DNA of 49,158 bases, from positions 1 through 49,158 of the IMG/VR virus record IMGVR_UViG_3300020388_000003. One strand, written 5' to 3'. The notes beneath the pieces were generated by a model. That model was not told the origin of the DNA. It searched no databases and saw only the letters and a program-made list of their open reading frames with translations. Positions within the stretch are counted from its first letter, which is position 1; each line of letters begins with the position of its first letter. Origin of the DNA: a virus. Its lineage: Duplodnaviria > Caudoviricetes. Below, one piece after another: positions 20,439-29,435 of this stretch. Both the position numbers and the translations under genes were made by a program.

Positions 20439-21992
20439 ATGGCTAATGTAATTAAAGTTGATATGAAAAACACACCAGCAGGCATTAGTGAAATGCATGT
20501 TCGTGTTGAAGACTTAAGTCGCAATATATTGTATTCGGGCTTAGTTCCAGCAGATAATGAAATAAATTTAGGGTCTGTCGGGTCTGTTGGGCAAGGGGTG
20601 CTAATTCACGCCGACAACTACATATCTGGAAATGAAAGAACATTCATGGCTACTCATGGCTACGCTATTATAGAGGAGTTTATAGAAGACCTAGTTTATA
20701 AAATGTCACTGCCTTTAGATGGTGATTCTCTACCCGCCCAATCAGTGTTGCCAACCAAGGTTGTTATGCTTGGTGCGTCAAATTCGGACGGTGTTGTTTC
20801 TAGTGCTACAGAGTACGTTAGTGAATTGTTTAAGATGAATAGCATTGATAACGTTGAGGTGATTGACGCATCTGTAGGTGGCAGGGTTGTAAGTCAGATA
20901 TACAATGACGGATGGTTGCCTATAAAGGATTTGTATACAGGGGATGCTAGCACGTATGTTGTAATGACAGATACGCTTGGGAATAGTATTAGTTCGTTGC
21001 GACCTTATGCCACAGCATCCTCTACAGATATTGAAAGTGTTAGAGCAGACTTGCAAACGCTAATTACCGACATATCAAACAACGGGAATACACCCCTATT
21101 GTTTGAAACAACATTCAGAAATTACATAAATAATGACGTTGCATCAATAGATGATGAGAGTTTAAGCTCACTGCCTTTTCAGCAAGATATTTTATACCCT
21201 ATAGTGCAAAGTATGCTGCCTAATCAATGGTCTACTACATTATCAAGACCTTGGTTTTCACTATACAATCATACTTACAACTTAAGTAAGATAATCCATA
21301 ATGCTGACGGTATCCATCACACCGATGTTGGATATGAGTTACTAAGAAGGTTAGAGGTTGATTTAATATCAAGATTTGTCAAAGGTGAGTCATCTATAGT
21401 ATTCGACCAATTTACACCTAGCGAATCGAATGGCGCTACCACAGGTCCAAAGTCTCTAATACTAGAGTTCACCAGTACGAAAAGTACAGGGCCTTCAAAA
21501 AATATGCCTTTCGCTAATTACTTTAACCACCTAAACGACCACACAGATAGGGAGCTAGTTCCTTTAAGTGGTTACAATCCAGGCTCTATAACAATATCTA
21601 GTATTGGTTCTGGGCTAACTCACAGTGCCACAAACCCTGAGTTTACAGACGAGGGACTAAACCCTGTTGATTTGACCCACTGGCGTATTAAGCAAGCTTA
21701 TGGTTATGTTAAAGATGAAGTTCCATTTGAGCTGTTTACGTTGAAAGGGTTTAAACCTAATCAGGTTGTAAGTATAGGCATGGCTAGCTATAAATACGGT
21801 GCGACAGAGGATAGAATAAGTCAGTTTACGTTTAATGGCGGGGTGACATCACAGACAAACGCCAAGCAAGACGACCCTAGTAATGTTGTATATGTAGATG
21901 TTGCGGCAGATGAAAATGGTGAGATAGCAGTAACAATGCAGAAGGTAGTTGGGTCTGTGGGTCAGTGGAACGGGTGTCACATAATTGTTTAA
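20439..21992 (+). CDS. SGNH/GDSL-like esterase-domain protein, probably virion-associated
   Basis: Block I VVMLGASNS, block II SVGG, block III LGN, catalytic DGIH. Confidence 0.7.
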   Translation: MANVIKVDMKNTPAGISEMHVRVEDLSRNILYSGLVPADNEINLGSVGSVGQGVLIHADNYISGNERTFMATHGYAIIEEFIEDLVYKMSLPLDGDSLPAQSVLPTKVVMLGASNSDGVVSSATEYVSELFKMNSIDNVEVIDASVGGRVVSQIYNDGWLPIKDLYTGDASTYVVMTDTLGNSISSLRPYATASSTDIESVRADLQTLITDISNNGNTPLLFETTFRNYINNDVASIDDESLSSLPFQQDILYPIVQSMLPNQWSTTLSRPWFSLYNHTYNLSKIIHNADGIHHTDVGYELLRRLEVDLISRFVKGESSIVFDQFTPSESNGATTGPKSLILEFTSTKSTGPSKNMPFANYFNHLNDHTDRELVPLSGYNPGSITISSIGSGLTHSATNPEFTDEGLNPVDLTHWRIKQAYGYVKDEVPFELFTLKGFKPNQVVSIGMASYKYGATEDRISQFTFNGGVTSQTNAKQDDPSNVVYVDVAADENGEIAVTMQKVVGSVGQWNGCHIIV

Positions 21993-22012
21993 GTATTTTT
22001 AAGGTGTGGGTA

Positions 22013-22336
22013 ATGGATAATAAAACAGGTTGGATTAGTGCTGTGGTTGCTTGTCTTGTATTCGCGTCCAGTGGGGTTGGTATGTATGTAGACCTTAAGA
22101 CGGATATAGCGGTGGGCAATACTAAGTATGACGCTATTAAGGAAGATATGGAAGGGTTAGTCACTACTGACTTCTTATTAAAGAATAAACAGGAGGTTAT
22201 TGATGACAGGCTGCTTAAGTCAGAAGCCAATGTGGAGGGCTTGGAAAAAACTCAGGATAGGCTAGAGGGAACTATGAAGGAGATGCTTGTAGAGCTTAAG
22301 ACAATGAATGAGAACATCATTAAGTTGGGGAAGTAG
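22013..22336 (+). CDS. Membrane-anchored coiled-coil protein (possible lysis accessory)
   Basis: N-terminal transmembrane segment followed by a coiled coil; last gene of the + arm. Confidence 0.5.
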   Translation: MDNKTGWISAVVACLVFASSGVGMYVDLKTDIAVGNTKYDAIKEDMEGLVTTDFLLKNKQEVIDDRLLKSEANVEGLEKTQDRLEGTMKEMLVELKTMNENIIKLGK

Positions 22337-22342
22337 AAACAC

Positions 22343-22377
22343 AAAAAAGAAGGGGGTAAGCCGCTAAGCCTACCCCC
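22343..22377 (-). terminator. Rho-independent terminator at the convergence of the two arms
   Basis: Minus strand GGGGGTAGGC-TTAGCG-GCTTACCCCC-TTCTTTTTT. Confidence 0.8.
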
Positions 22378-22387
22378 AAGGATTATT

Positions 22388-22615
22388 CTAGTTATTGCTT
22401 TTCTCATAGCTCTCGTAGTATTTACCAGGAGCTTTGTCTGTTAAGGAACACCAGTTAGTTGACATGAAGTCGTCATAAGCTTCTTGACTGTTAGCATAAA
22501 AATGCTCATGCTGAGCAGCAATCCTTGACTGACGCTTAACAGCCTCTTCACTAGTGACTACCTCTTCAACCCAACCATCAGGTGTTTGGTATGTAAAAGA
22601 TAAGTTACTCATCAT
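22388..22615 (-). CDS. Hypothetical protein
   Basis: 75-aa ORF with AAGGGG ribosome-binding site. Confidence 0.6.
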   Translation of the reverse strand: MMSNLSFTYQTPDGWVEEVVTSEEAVKRQSRIAAQHEHFYANSQEAYDDFMSTNWCSLTDKAPGKYYESYEKSNN

Positions 22616-22630
22616 ACCCCCTTAGATTCA

Positions 22631-22861
22631 CTAAATAGCACAGGCACCACCATCACACCCCTCTCCTCTTTCATCCTCTCCCCATAAGGGCATATCAACT
22701 TTCTTGCCATACAGGAACTCCCCCTTCTTACCCACCTCAGTACCGCACCGAGGGGCTTCATACTTAAACCAATATTCATCAGACATATAACCAGGCTTTG
22801 TCATAACAACACCATTACGCCTAACAGTATAACCATCAGAGCTAATTTCTAATTCACTCAT
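22631..22861 (-). CDS. Small protein with C-terminal CDGGACAI motif
   Basis: 76-aa ORF with RBS, downstream of promoter copy 2. Confidence 0.65.
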   Translation of the reverse strand: MSELEISSDGYTVRRNGVVMTKPGYMSDEYWFKYEAPRCGTEVGKKGEFLYGKKVDMPLWGEDERGEGCDGGACAI

Positions 22862-22972
22862 AACACCCTTTTCAATAAATAAAATAATAATAAGAAAAGG
22901 AGAAGCATCCTTACCTCTCCTATAACCACTCCTAATATACCCCTTTCTAAAACTCCTAGGCCGTTATACTAG

Positions 22973-23002
22973 TATACTCGTTTTTTGAGCGTTTTCCTAA
23001 AA
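22973..23002 (-). promoter_or_regulatory. Candidate phage-sigma promoter, copy 2
   Basis: Minus strand TTTTAGGAAAACGCTCAAAAAACGAGTATA, same spacing as the other copies. Confidence 0.7.
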
Positions 23003-23017
23003 TTATTTTCACTTATT

Positions 23018-24004
23018 TTATAAGACGTTCATTCTTAAGGATTTTAATTTTCCCTTAGAAAGCAGATTAACACGTCCCCTCTTCTCAGCTCCACACTCAT
23101 TACATTTGAATTTATCAAACTTACTGAGCTGTGTGTAGGCATAACCTGTATGAGCCCAATCAGTACAGCCACAGAAACAAACGTTCTCTTCTGTATCGTG
23201 ATACATGTCCATATTGGGAATCTGATTAGACCAAGGGGCAAGCTTATAAGCAAGCTCTTCAAGAGATAGCACATCGTACTGATTGTACTCCTTCATCTCT
23301 TCCCAAGCAGCCTCATTACCAAGCATACATTCCTTCCAGAGGTAAAACCCTGGGAACGCTCCGTGAGTAAGCTTCTTATACTTCGTACAGAACTTGTCAG
23401 TCATATACTCAAGCTTATTACTTGTGAAAGCAAATTCCTTCTTAGCTATCTGTAACGTATCGATATGCTTATAAGAGCTGGGTGGCTGTAGTCCATGCCT
23501 TAAGAACCTAGCATTAAGCTTCTTACGGTCAAACTTCTTACCATTCTGCGTAATAACAATATCCGCCTCATCAAGCAGCTCCCATACAGACCTCACTATA
23601 GCAGCGTCATCTATCTCGGCAAACATACTTTCAGAAGAACCATCGAAGAACTCTCGACAGTCGTCATACATAACCTCATCATTACCCACCCACTTAGCAG
23701 ACCAAGACAATACAGCCCAATCCCTAACAACCATGTTAAGACCAATGTTCTGTTGCCACAATCCCCAGTGATAACCAAGACAAGGTGCTGTCTCAATGTC
23801 AAAGGTGAGGATTCTAGGCTCTGTACGCCCCTCTGAGAGCTTCTTAGACCTGTCCTCCACCAACCCTAGCCTCTTTAGTACATAATGCACTGTAGAGGCT
23901 CTTGAGCGCACTCCAAAGACCCTCTCAGATATATCCCTGTGAGGAACCTTGTCAAGCTTAAGCTCAGCAATTTGTAATTCTTGTTCTTGACTAATCAATA
24001 TCAT
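23018..24004 (-). CDS. DnaQ/RNase H-like 3'-5' exonuclease with N-terminal HTH-like region and C-terminal Zn ribbon
   Basis: FDIET, QNGKKFD, HIDTL and YNQYDV Exo motifs; CxC...CxxC. Confidence 0.82.
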   Translation of the reverse strand: MILISQEQELQIAELKLDKVPHRDISERVFGVRSRASTVHYVLKRLGLVEDRSKKLSEGRTEPRILTFDIETAPCLGYHWGLWQQNIGLNMVVRDWAVLSWSAKWVGNDEVMYDDCREFFDGSSESMFAEIDDAAIVRSVWELLDEADIVITQNGKKFDRKKLNARFLRHGLQPPSSYKHIDTLQIAKKEFAFTSNKLEYMTDKFCTKYKKLTHGAFPGFYLWKECMLGNEAAWEEMKEYNQYDVLSLEELAYKLAPWSNQIPNMDMYHDTEENVCFCGCTDWAHTGYAYTQLSKFDKFKCNECGAEKRGRVNLLSKGKLKSLRMNVL

Positions 24005-24347
24005 CTTCCTCAATATGAATAACAGGCTTACCAATTGACTTAGCATAAGCTATCTCAGCGGTAATACCCTCTGAACGTTCCCAACCTTTCATCATGTACA
24101 CCCATACAACGTCACAATTATCTATGTAACTCTTGTCAAGTTTCTCCCAAAAGGAGAAGTCCTTAGGCAATCCATAGATAACAGACATAGGGTGACAATG
24201 TACAATAGGAGACAACACAGTAAGACCTTGTTCCAACAACTCTTTAGTCTTACGCATCACTTGTAGATAACGCTTCTCCCTAAGCGCCTTGTGTTCCTCG
24301 CTATCAGTCTTAGCATCTAAGCTGTATACACTAGCTAGGTAAATCAT
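23991..24347 (-). CDS. DUF1937 / nucleoside 2-deoxyribosyltransferase-like protein
   Basis: [27 protein letters not shown]. Confidence 0.75.
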   Translation of the reverse strand: MIYLASVYSLDAKTDSEEHKALREKRYLQVMRKTKELLEQGLTVLSPIVHCHPMSVIYGLPKDFSFWEKLDKSYIDNCDVVWVYMMKGWERSEGITAEIAYAKSIGKPVIHIEEDDID

Positions 24348-24819
24348 TCTTAAGCTCCTCACTTCTATCATCTAACTCAGGGTGAGTACGAACACCCTCA
24401 GCTAAGAACAACGCATTACATAACATATGGTCTACATGTAATAAACCACTCTCAGGGTCAGTGTCCTCACCAGATAGGTAAGCTGACATATGTCTTAATA
24501 AACTGTCACATATCTCTGTATGGTTAAGTCCCTTGTGCCAATTACCTCTAGCATATTTCTTAGCACCAAACTGTAAGACAGAGGCACATCCGTTTAAGGC
24601 ATGTTTAGCTTCTGCCAACATAGACAAAGGGGCTTTGTCAGTGTTAAACCTCATAGCCCCTTGTTCTGGTTTAGTCATGCTGTCTTCTGCTTTTAGTTGG
24701 CTTCCCCTGGTTTTGTCTACAGCACCAGTACGCCTCAAGGCATCTTTAAGTTTAAGCCTTTCTGTTTCAGCCTTATCCCGCTCTTTAGCCTTTTCAAGAA
24801 TTTTATCCCAAACATCCAT
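24331..24819 (-). CDS. dATP/dGTP diphosphohydrolase-like protein (DUF5664)
   Basis: [11 protein letters not shown] and [11 protein letters not shown] motifs. Confidence 0.85.
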   Translation of the reverse strand: MDVWDKILEKAKERDKAETERLKLKDALRRTGAVDKTRGSQLKAEDSMTKPEQGAMRFNTDKAPLSMLAEAKHALNGCASVLQFGAKKYARGNWHKGLNHTEICDSLLRHMSAYLSGEDTDPESGLLHVDHMLCNALFLAEGVRTHPELDDRSEELKNDLPS

Positions 24820-24828
24820 AAGCTACCC

Positions 24829-25104
24829 CTAGTGTACTGTTGGTTGTTGAACTTTAGCACGTAACTCACCGTTCATAATCTCTCTACGAACAATCTCAGC
24901 GCCCTTAACTTTAATATATTGTAACATCATAAACAACTTAGTGTGTTCATTATGTGTGAAGTGTGAGGCGTATTCTCTAGCCATCTTCTCATTAAACTTG
25001 TCATTGATATTAAACATTGTTACAGCTCGGTTCCAAGTTTGTAATGTAACGTCCTCAATCTCATTGAATAACGAATAGCCTTTGTATGAATTATTATTGT
25101 CCAT
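24829..25104 (-). CDS. Hypothetical protein
   Basis: ATG at 25104 overlapping the upstream stop; the longer ORF call overlaps the HNH gene. Confidence 0.6.
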   Translation of the reverse strand: MDNNNSYKGYSLFNEIEDVTLQTWNRAVTMFNINDKFNEKMAREYASHFTHNEHTKLFMMLQYIKVKGAEIVRREIMNGELRAKVQQPTVH

Positions 25105-25531
25105 TCTTTTCTCTCTCTCTACGTTGTTTAGCAATCTGTTTTTCTTTTTCAGTTTTAGCTGTATGACAAGCGCTACATAACACTTGTAAGTTGTCCTTCT
25201 CACAAAACATGCGGTTAATACATTCATCCCATGTAGTGAAGCCTGTCTCGGGTGGCACCACAGGCACCAAATGGTCAACGTGAACATTCTTAATGCGCTT
25301 ACGTCCACCCTCTTCCTTAACAGTGACAGGAACCTCCTGCTTACAACCAGCACACATCTTAAACCCACGCCTTGTTGTAGCGTCCCTAAGACATTGGGAT
25401 ATTGGTGCCCACTTCATAGTCATACGTCTAAGGCCGCCCTTGATGAAGCTGTTGAACCTCGCGTCTGACCAATTTCCGTTGCACCTGGTCTTTGGGCCAG
25501 ATGGACGACCACCTTTATTTTTTACAGGCAA
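25094..25531 (-). CDS. HNH endonuclease (Zn-binding type)
   Basis: CAGC...HVDH...NLQVLCSACH. Confidence 0.85.
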   Translation of the reverse strand: MPVKNKGGRPSGPKTRCNGNWSDARFNSFIKGGLRRMTMKWAPISQCLRDATTRRGFKMCAGCKQEVPVTVKEEGGRKRIKNVHVDHLVPVVPPETGFTTWDECINRMFCEKDNLQVLCSACHTAKTEKEKQIAKQRREREKNGQ

Positions 25532-25576
25532 ATTATCCTCCCGTATGTTTGTATTCGTATTACGTAAAATAAGTGA

Positions 25577-26551
25577 TTATTCATCCTCACCTCTCTCATC
25601 AAACATTATATAAGGAACAATCTCTTCTTCCTCAGTTAGCTCACACACCATCCAAGCTAGTCGAGCCTGCTCTAGCATCTCAGCACGGTAGTCATGCTCC
25701 TCACCAAACTTCTTAGTGTAATACGTCTTGTAAGCGTCTAAGACAGCCTCAAACATCTCACCTTCTGTATTGGTATCAGACAGCAGGTTAAAAGCCTTTA
25801 CAGGGCCACACAGAGGCAATCCTGGGTAATTGTCGGTGGTATCTCCTGTTAACACTTGTGAATAGAAGAACTTTAAACCACTTCCTGACAGCTTCTTATT
25901 ATTCTTACTAAGTGTTAGCTCACCAATAACATCAACTTGTACAGGCCCAAACTCCCTTTGGAAACCAGCTTCCCAACCATAATGCATCCCAGGGATAATC
26001 TTTAAGTCCTTATCCCTAGAGCATATCACTGTGGTTAATGGCTCAGCCTTGGTCTGGTACACGCCTAAGAGGTCATCAGCCTCCAAGCCCTTAGCTATTA
26101 CAAAATCATAATTAGCTTTAACATACTCTACCAAGTTTAAATAATGTAAAGGCTTGCCATCAGGCTTACGATTCCCCTTATACACTTTCTTCTTAGCCAC
26201 TGCCTCACGGAAGTTGGCGTTATACTTCTCTGGTTGTAAGCTACTAGCCTCTTCTTTTAAATCAGCCTTAGCAGCTTCATCAGAAGTTTTGTCTAGTTTC
26301 TTTTCAACACGCTTAAGTTGCTTGGCTTTCCTAGCTTCGTCATTTTTAAATATTTGTTTGTTGTAAGACATGAACAGCAGGGGAGGCTCAGTTGCCCAAA
26401 CCGCTGCACATATGTCCTTAACCTTAGCATCAAACTTCTCAGCCACAATGTCAAAGGACAGCATACGGGTTTCCCCACTGTCCTCATCAACGTATTGGCC
26501 TTGTACACCTATCTCATACAAAATTATATCTGCGTCTATGAGTGGCTTCAT
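25577..26551 (-). CDS. 5'-3' exonuclease (T7 gp6/flap family)
   Basis: LIDADII, YKGNRK, LEADDL, SRDKDL, GDTTDNYPG. Confidence 0.9.
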   Translation of the reverse strand: MKPLIDADIILYEIGVQGQYVDEDSGETRMLSFDIVAEKFDAKVKDICAAVWATEPPLLFMSYNKQIFKNDEARKAKQLKRVEKKLDKTSDEAAKADLKEEASSLQPEKYNANFREAVAKKKVYKGNRKPDGKPLHYLNLVEYVKANYDFVIAKGLEADDLLGVYQTKAEPLTTVICSRDKDLKIIPGMHYGWEAGFQREFGPVQVDVIGELTLSKNNKKLSGSGLKFFYSQVLTGDTTDNYPGLPLCGPVKAFNLLSDTNTEGEMFEAVLDAYKTYYTKKFGEEHDYRAEMLEQARLAWMVCELTEEEEIVPYIMFDERGEDE

Positions 26552-27132
26552 TACACCCCCTTTCCAATTCCAGTTAACCAAGACCAGTTGGCCCCAGTTT
26601 TTATCTTGTGTATGGTGTGATTAGACACTCCGAAGAACTCCCCGATTTCTGTTTGTGGAAACCCATCTTCAAGAAGTTTAACAACCTCTAAAACCTCGTC
26701 CTCTTTGAGCTTTGAGTTACCCACCTTACTTCCTGTTGTCTTGTAACAAGAGTGCAAAGAGTTTTCAGAGCTTGTCATCCACTCTAAGTTGTCTGCCCTT
26801 GGGTTGTGTTTGTCTTCGTCAATGTGATTGACCTCAGGCTTGTTATCTGGGTTTGGTACGAAGTGCAAAGCCACTAACCTGTGCAGTAAGAAAGCTTTGT
26901 AAACCCTATCCTTACACAAGTTAAGCATAAGGTAAACCCCCTTTCTTGGAGACATAAACTTTCCTTTGCGAACCCGGGTTATCTGGACAGGGCCACACGT
27001 CCTGTTGTAAGTAAAGGTCTCCTCCCTTGGACAAGACCAAACCCTGCCCCAATTACTAACCCTGTACAAGCCTTCATAACCTTTCACATCAGACCATTTT
27101 TCTTCCTCACAATCAATTAATGGCCTGATAAT
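26551..27132 (-). CDS. NUMOD4-HNH homing endonuclease (free-standing)
   Basis: EEKWSDVKGYEGLYRVSNWGRV (NUMOD4), HRLVA...VNHIDEDKHN (HNH), C-terminal HTH; frame is open up to 27132. Confidence 0.88.
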   Translation of the reverse strand: MIRPLIDCEEEKWSDVKGYEGLYRVSNWGRVWSCPREETFTYNRTCGPVQITRVRKGKFMSPRKGVYLMLNLCKDRVYKAFLLHRLVALHFVPNPDNKPEVNHIDEDKHNPRADNLEWMTSSENSLHSCYKTTGSKVGNSKLKEDEVLEVVKLLEDGFPQTEIGEFFGVSNHTIHKIKTGANWSWLTGIGKGV

Positions 27133-27372
27133 CTACTCCTCATTATCTTCAATAAGTTCTCTTAGGTTTTCAACAATACCTTCAAGCTCTTCAATACGTT
27201 CTTGTGCCTGACTATTACAATCAAGAAGTGAAGAATACTGAACCGCCAACCCCTCTGCCTCGTTCTTAAGGGTCTCTATCCTCAGCAGGTAGTCTTCATT
27301 AAGGAAGCTTAAGTCTAGCTCCTCAGCCTTTTCCACACTTCTTAGTGTGTCCTTATAATACATATCACTCAT
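27133..27372 (-). CDS. Hypothetical coiled-coil protein
   Basis: ORF with RBS and heptad pattern. Confidence 0.55.
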   Translation of the reverse strand: MSDMYYKDTLRSVEKAEELDLSFLNEDYLLRIETLKNEAEGLAVQYSSLLDCNSQAQERIEELEGIVENLRELIEDNEE

Positions 27373-27373
27373 G

Positions 27374-27679
27374 TTAAGCTTCCTCTTGCTTATAATCGTC
27401 CTCAAGAAGCTTCTGTAGGCGTTCCTGAGCAGCTTTCTTAACAGGCTTAAGCTTTGTACCGTCTACAGTGAAAGGCTTCTCAGAATCCACTACACGGCGT
27501 TCTTGTGTTTTAGTTGCTATGAAGATTTTACGGAATGAGTAAGGGTCTTCCTCACTCACTCGGCTCATAAACTCCCCATAGACATACACTAGGTTGCCCC
27601 GCTTAATACCGTGTTCACAATACTCACTTGTTTCCACAGTACAAAACATACCAGTTTTAATTTCTACGTGTTTAGTCAT
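27374..27679 (-). CDS. Hypothetical protein
   Basis: ATG at 27679 after an AAGGAAG RBS. Confidence 0.6.
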   Translation of the reverse strand: MTKHVEIKTGMFCTVETSEYCEHGIKRGNLVYVYGEFMSRVSEEDPYSFRKIFIATKTQERRVVDSEKPFTVDGTKLKPVKKAAQERLQKLLEDDYKQEEA

Positions 27680-27692
27680 ATAATCTTCCTTA

Positions 27693-28418
27693 TTAGTCAA
27701 GCCAATCGTCTGCTTCGTCTTCAACAACATTGTCTTCAACTGGTTCTTCAATGTCATCCTCAACCTCCTGAGGCTTAGGTTTCTTCTTCTTACCGCCGTT
27801 TAATGCTGCCTCAAGCTCACTGCCAGCAAACTCTAGGTTCTTCTTAATCTTATCCTTAAGCCAATCGGGGAAGCTTTCAAACAGTTCCATGTCAGGGTCG
27901 TCCAACAAGAACACTTGAGGAGGATTAACCAGCTCACCAAGCTTATCCGCCTTACGTTTAGTAATAGGAGAAACATCGTTCACCTGATTACCAGACTTCT
28001 CTTCTCCATCCTTCATATAAGAATACTGACCAACAGTCACCATACAAGGCATACCTATTAAGCCAGTGAAGTCACCATCATTAGTGTCCTCAGGGTCAAT
28101 AGCTTTGTATCTCTTAGTTGACTTGGCTAGGTCTAGCTCTAAGCTTTTGAATGGAATGTCCTCAGACAACCAACGAGGCTTATCTTCAAGCTCATCCCCA
28201 TTCTCATCCACAATGAATAAGTTAGGAAACTCATATGTAAGCCTCACCATATTAACAGGAGGCTTCTCTTGTCCCTTGTAAGGGCGCTGTGGTTGTAAGC
28301 CTAAGTCAATAACAGCTACAACACGAGCCTCCTCAGTGCCCACCTCCATAAGTTCTTGTTGTACACGATTACTATTGTTAGTTGGTTTAGGTGCTTTCTT
28401 TGCGTTTAATCCTGACAT
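27693..28418 (-). CDS. Putative single-stranded DNA-binding protein
   Basis: Highly acidic tail ending DDWLD; replication-module location. Confidence 0.6.
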   Translation of the reverse strand: MSGLNAKKAPKPTNNSNRVQQELMEVGTEEARVVAVIDLGLQPQRPYKGQEKPPVNMVRLTYEFPNLFIVDENGDELEDKPRWLSEDIPFKSLELDLAKSTKRYKAIDPEDTNDGDFTGLIGMPCMVTVGQYSYMKDGEEKSGNQVNDVSPITKRKADKLGELVNPPQVFLLDDPDMELFESFPDWLKDKIKKNLEFAGSELEAALNGGKKKKPKPQEVEDDIEEPVEDNVVEDEADDWLD

Positions 28419-28421
28419 ATA

Positions 28422-28637
28422 TTATTCTACCTCTTGTTTAAGTTCATCTAATTGTTTTTTAACTGTTGAGCTTGGGAAGTACCCATCTAAGTTTGCGTAC
28501 CCTTCCTGATACCCCTCCTCATAAGCCTCTTCTACAAGCGCTTCTAAGCTTTGAATAATCTCAATAAACTTAAGACGCTCCCCCATTTGATTGCAGCAAT
28601 TAATGCTTACAAAGTTTTCTAATTTGTTACAGCTCAT
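28422..28637 (-). CDS. Hypothetical protein
   Basis: ATG at 28637 overlapping the upstream gene end. Confidence 0.5.
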   Translation of the reverse strand: MSCNKLENFVSINCCNQMGERLKFIEIIQSLEALVEEAYEEGYQEGYANLDGYFPSSTVKKQLDELKQEVE

Positions 28638-28863
28638 TACTCTTAGCCTTAATAAGAACATCGTTAGCTTTAGCAATATCTTGCGTAGCCACTTGCTTCG
28701 CCCTACTAACCTCCCTGATTGTTGCCTCACAATCAACCACCTGATTCTCAGCAGCCTTCTTATAAGACTGCACCTTCTCAATAAACTTATCTGTCAAGGA
28801 CTTTTGTTTAGCTTGGTAATCCTTAGTTGCTGTTGCCAAGTTGAATGGTTTTAGTATACTCAT
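28627..28863 (-). CDS. Hypothetical helical protein
   Basis: 78 aa with AGGAG RBS. Confidence 0.6.
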   Translation of the reverse strand: MSILKPFNLATATKDYQAKQKSLTDKFIEKVQSYKKAAENQVVDCEATIREVSRAKQVATQDIAKANDVLIKAKSNEL

Positions 28864-28871
28864 TTATTCTC

Positions 28872-29435
28872 CTAATGGATGTCGGCATAGCTATCTCCAA
28901 AATCGACGCTAATATCCAACTCTCTGTTCATGTTAAGTTTTTGGTTAACCTTTATGATGGCATCTTTTAAAGCTGCCTCACACTTAGTTTGCTTTCCTTT
29001 CTTTATCAAGCAAATTATTTCGTCATGCATCTGTCCTATCACAGGCACACCTTTCTTCTTAACCTCCATAACCCAACTGTCAAAGCAATAAACGCCGCTG
29101 CCTTGGTTGAGTGTAGAGAATCTATCTTTATCGCTACGTAGACTGTACCAGAAACCGCTGAGGGGGTTTTTAAGCCACTTCTCACCAGAGAATGTCCTAA
29201 CTACCTGTTCCTCAGCTATAGCCTTAACAGACCAATTACGCTTCCAATACACTTCGTTAAGGTCTTTGGCCTGTGAAAGAGGCATACCTGTCTCTCGTGC
29301 CAAGCCTTCTGGCCCTTGGCCATAGGTTGCTCCATAGTTAACGGGTTTTGCCTTCTTCCTCTCTGCCACTATTTTCTTAAACAGCTTGGACTGCTCTTCC
29401 TCTGCAAGTTGTTGCATCTCTTTTAGCGTCAGCAT
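28872..29435 (-). CDS. DNA polymerase family A, C-terminal fragment (motifs B and C)
   Basis: RKKAKPVNYGATYG (motif B), NQGSG, MHDE (motif C). Confidence 0.9.
   Translation of the reverse strand: MLTLKEMQQLAEEEQSKLFKKIVAERKKAKPVNYGATYGQGPEGLARETGMPLSQAKDLNEVYWKRNWSVKAIAEEQVVRTFSGEKWLKNPLSGFWYSLRSDKDRFSTLNQGSGVYCFDSWVMEVKKKGVPVIGQMHDEIICLIKKGKQTKCEAALKDAIIKVNQKLNMNRELDISVDFGDSYADIH

Noticed and set aside
24331-24819. Z-genome (2-aminoadenine) or deazaguanine modification system
   Set aside because: No PurZ, Que or DpdA-like gene is recognisable; the hydrolase alone is insufficient
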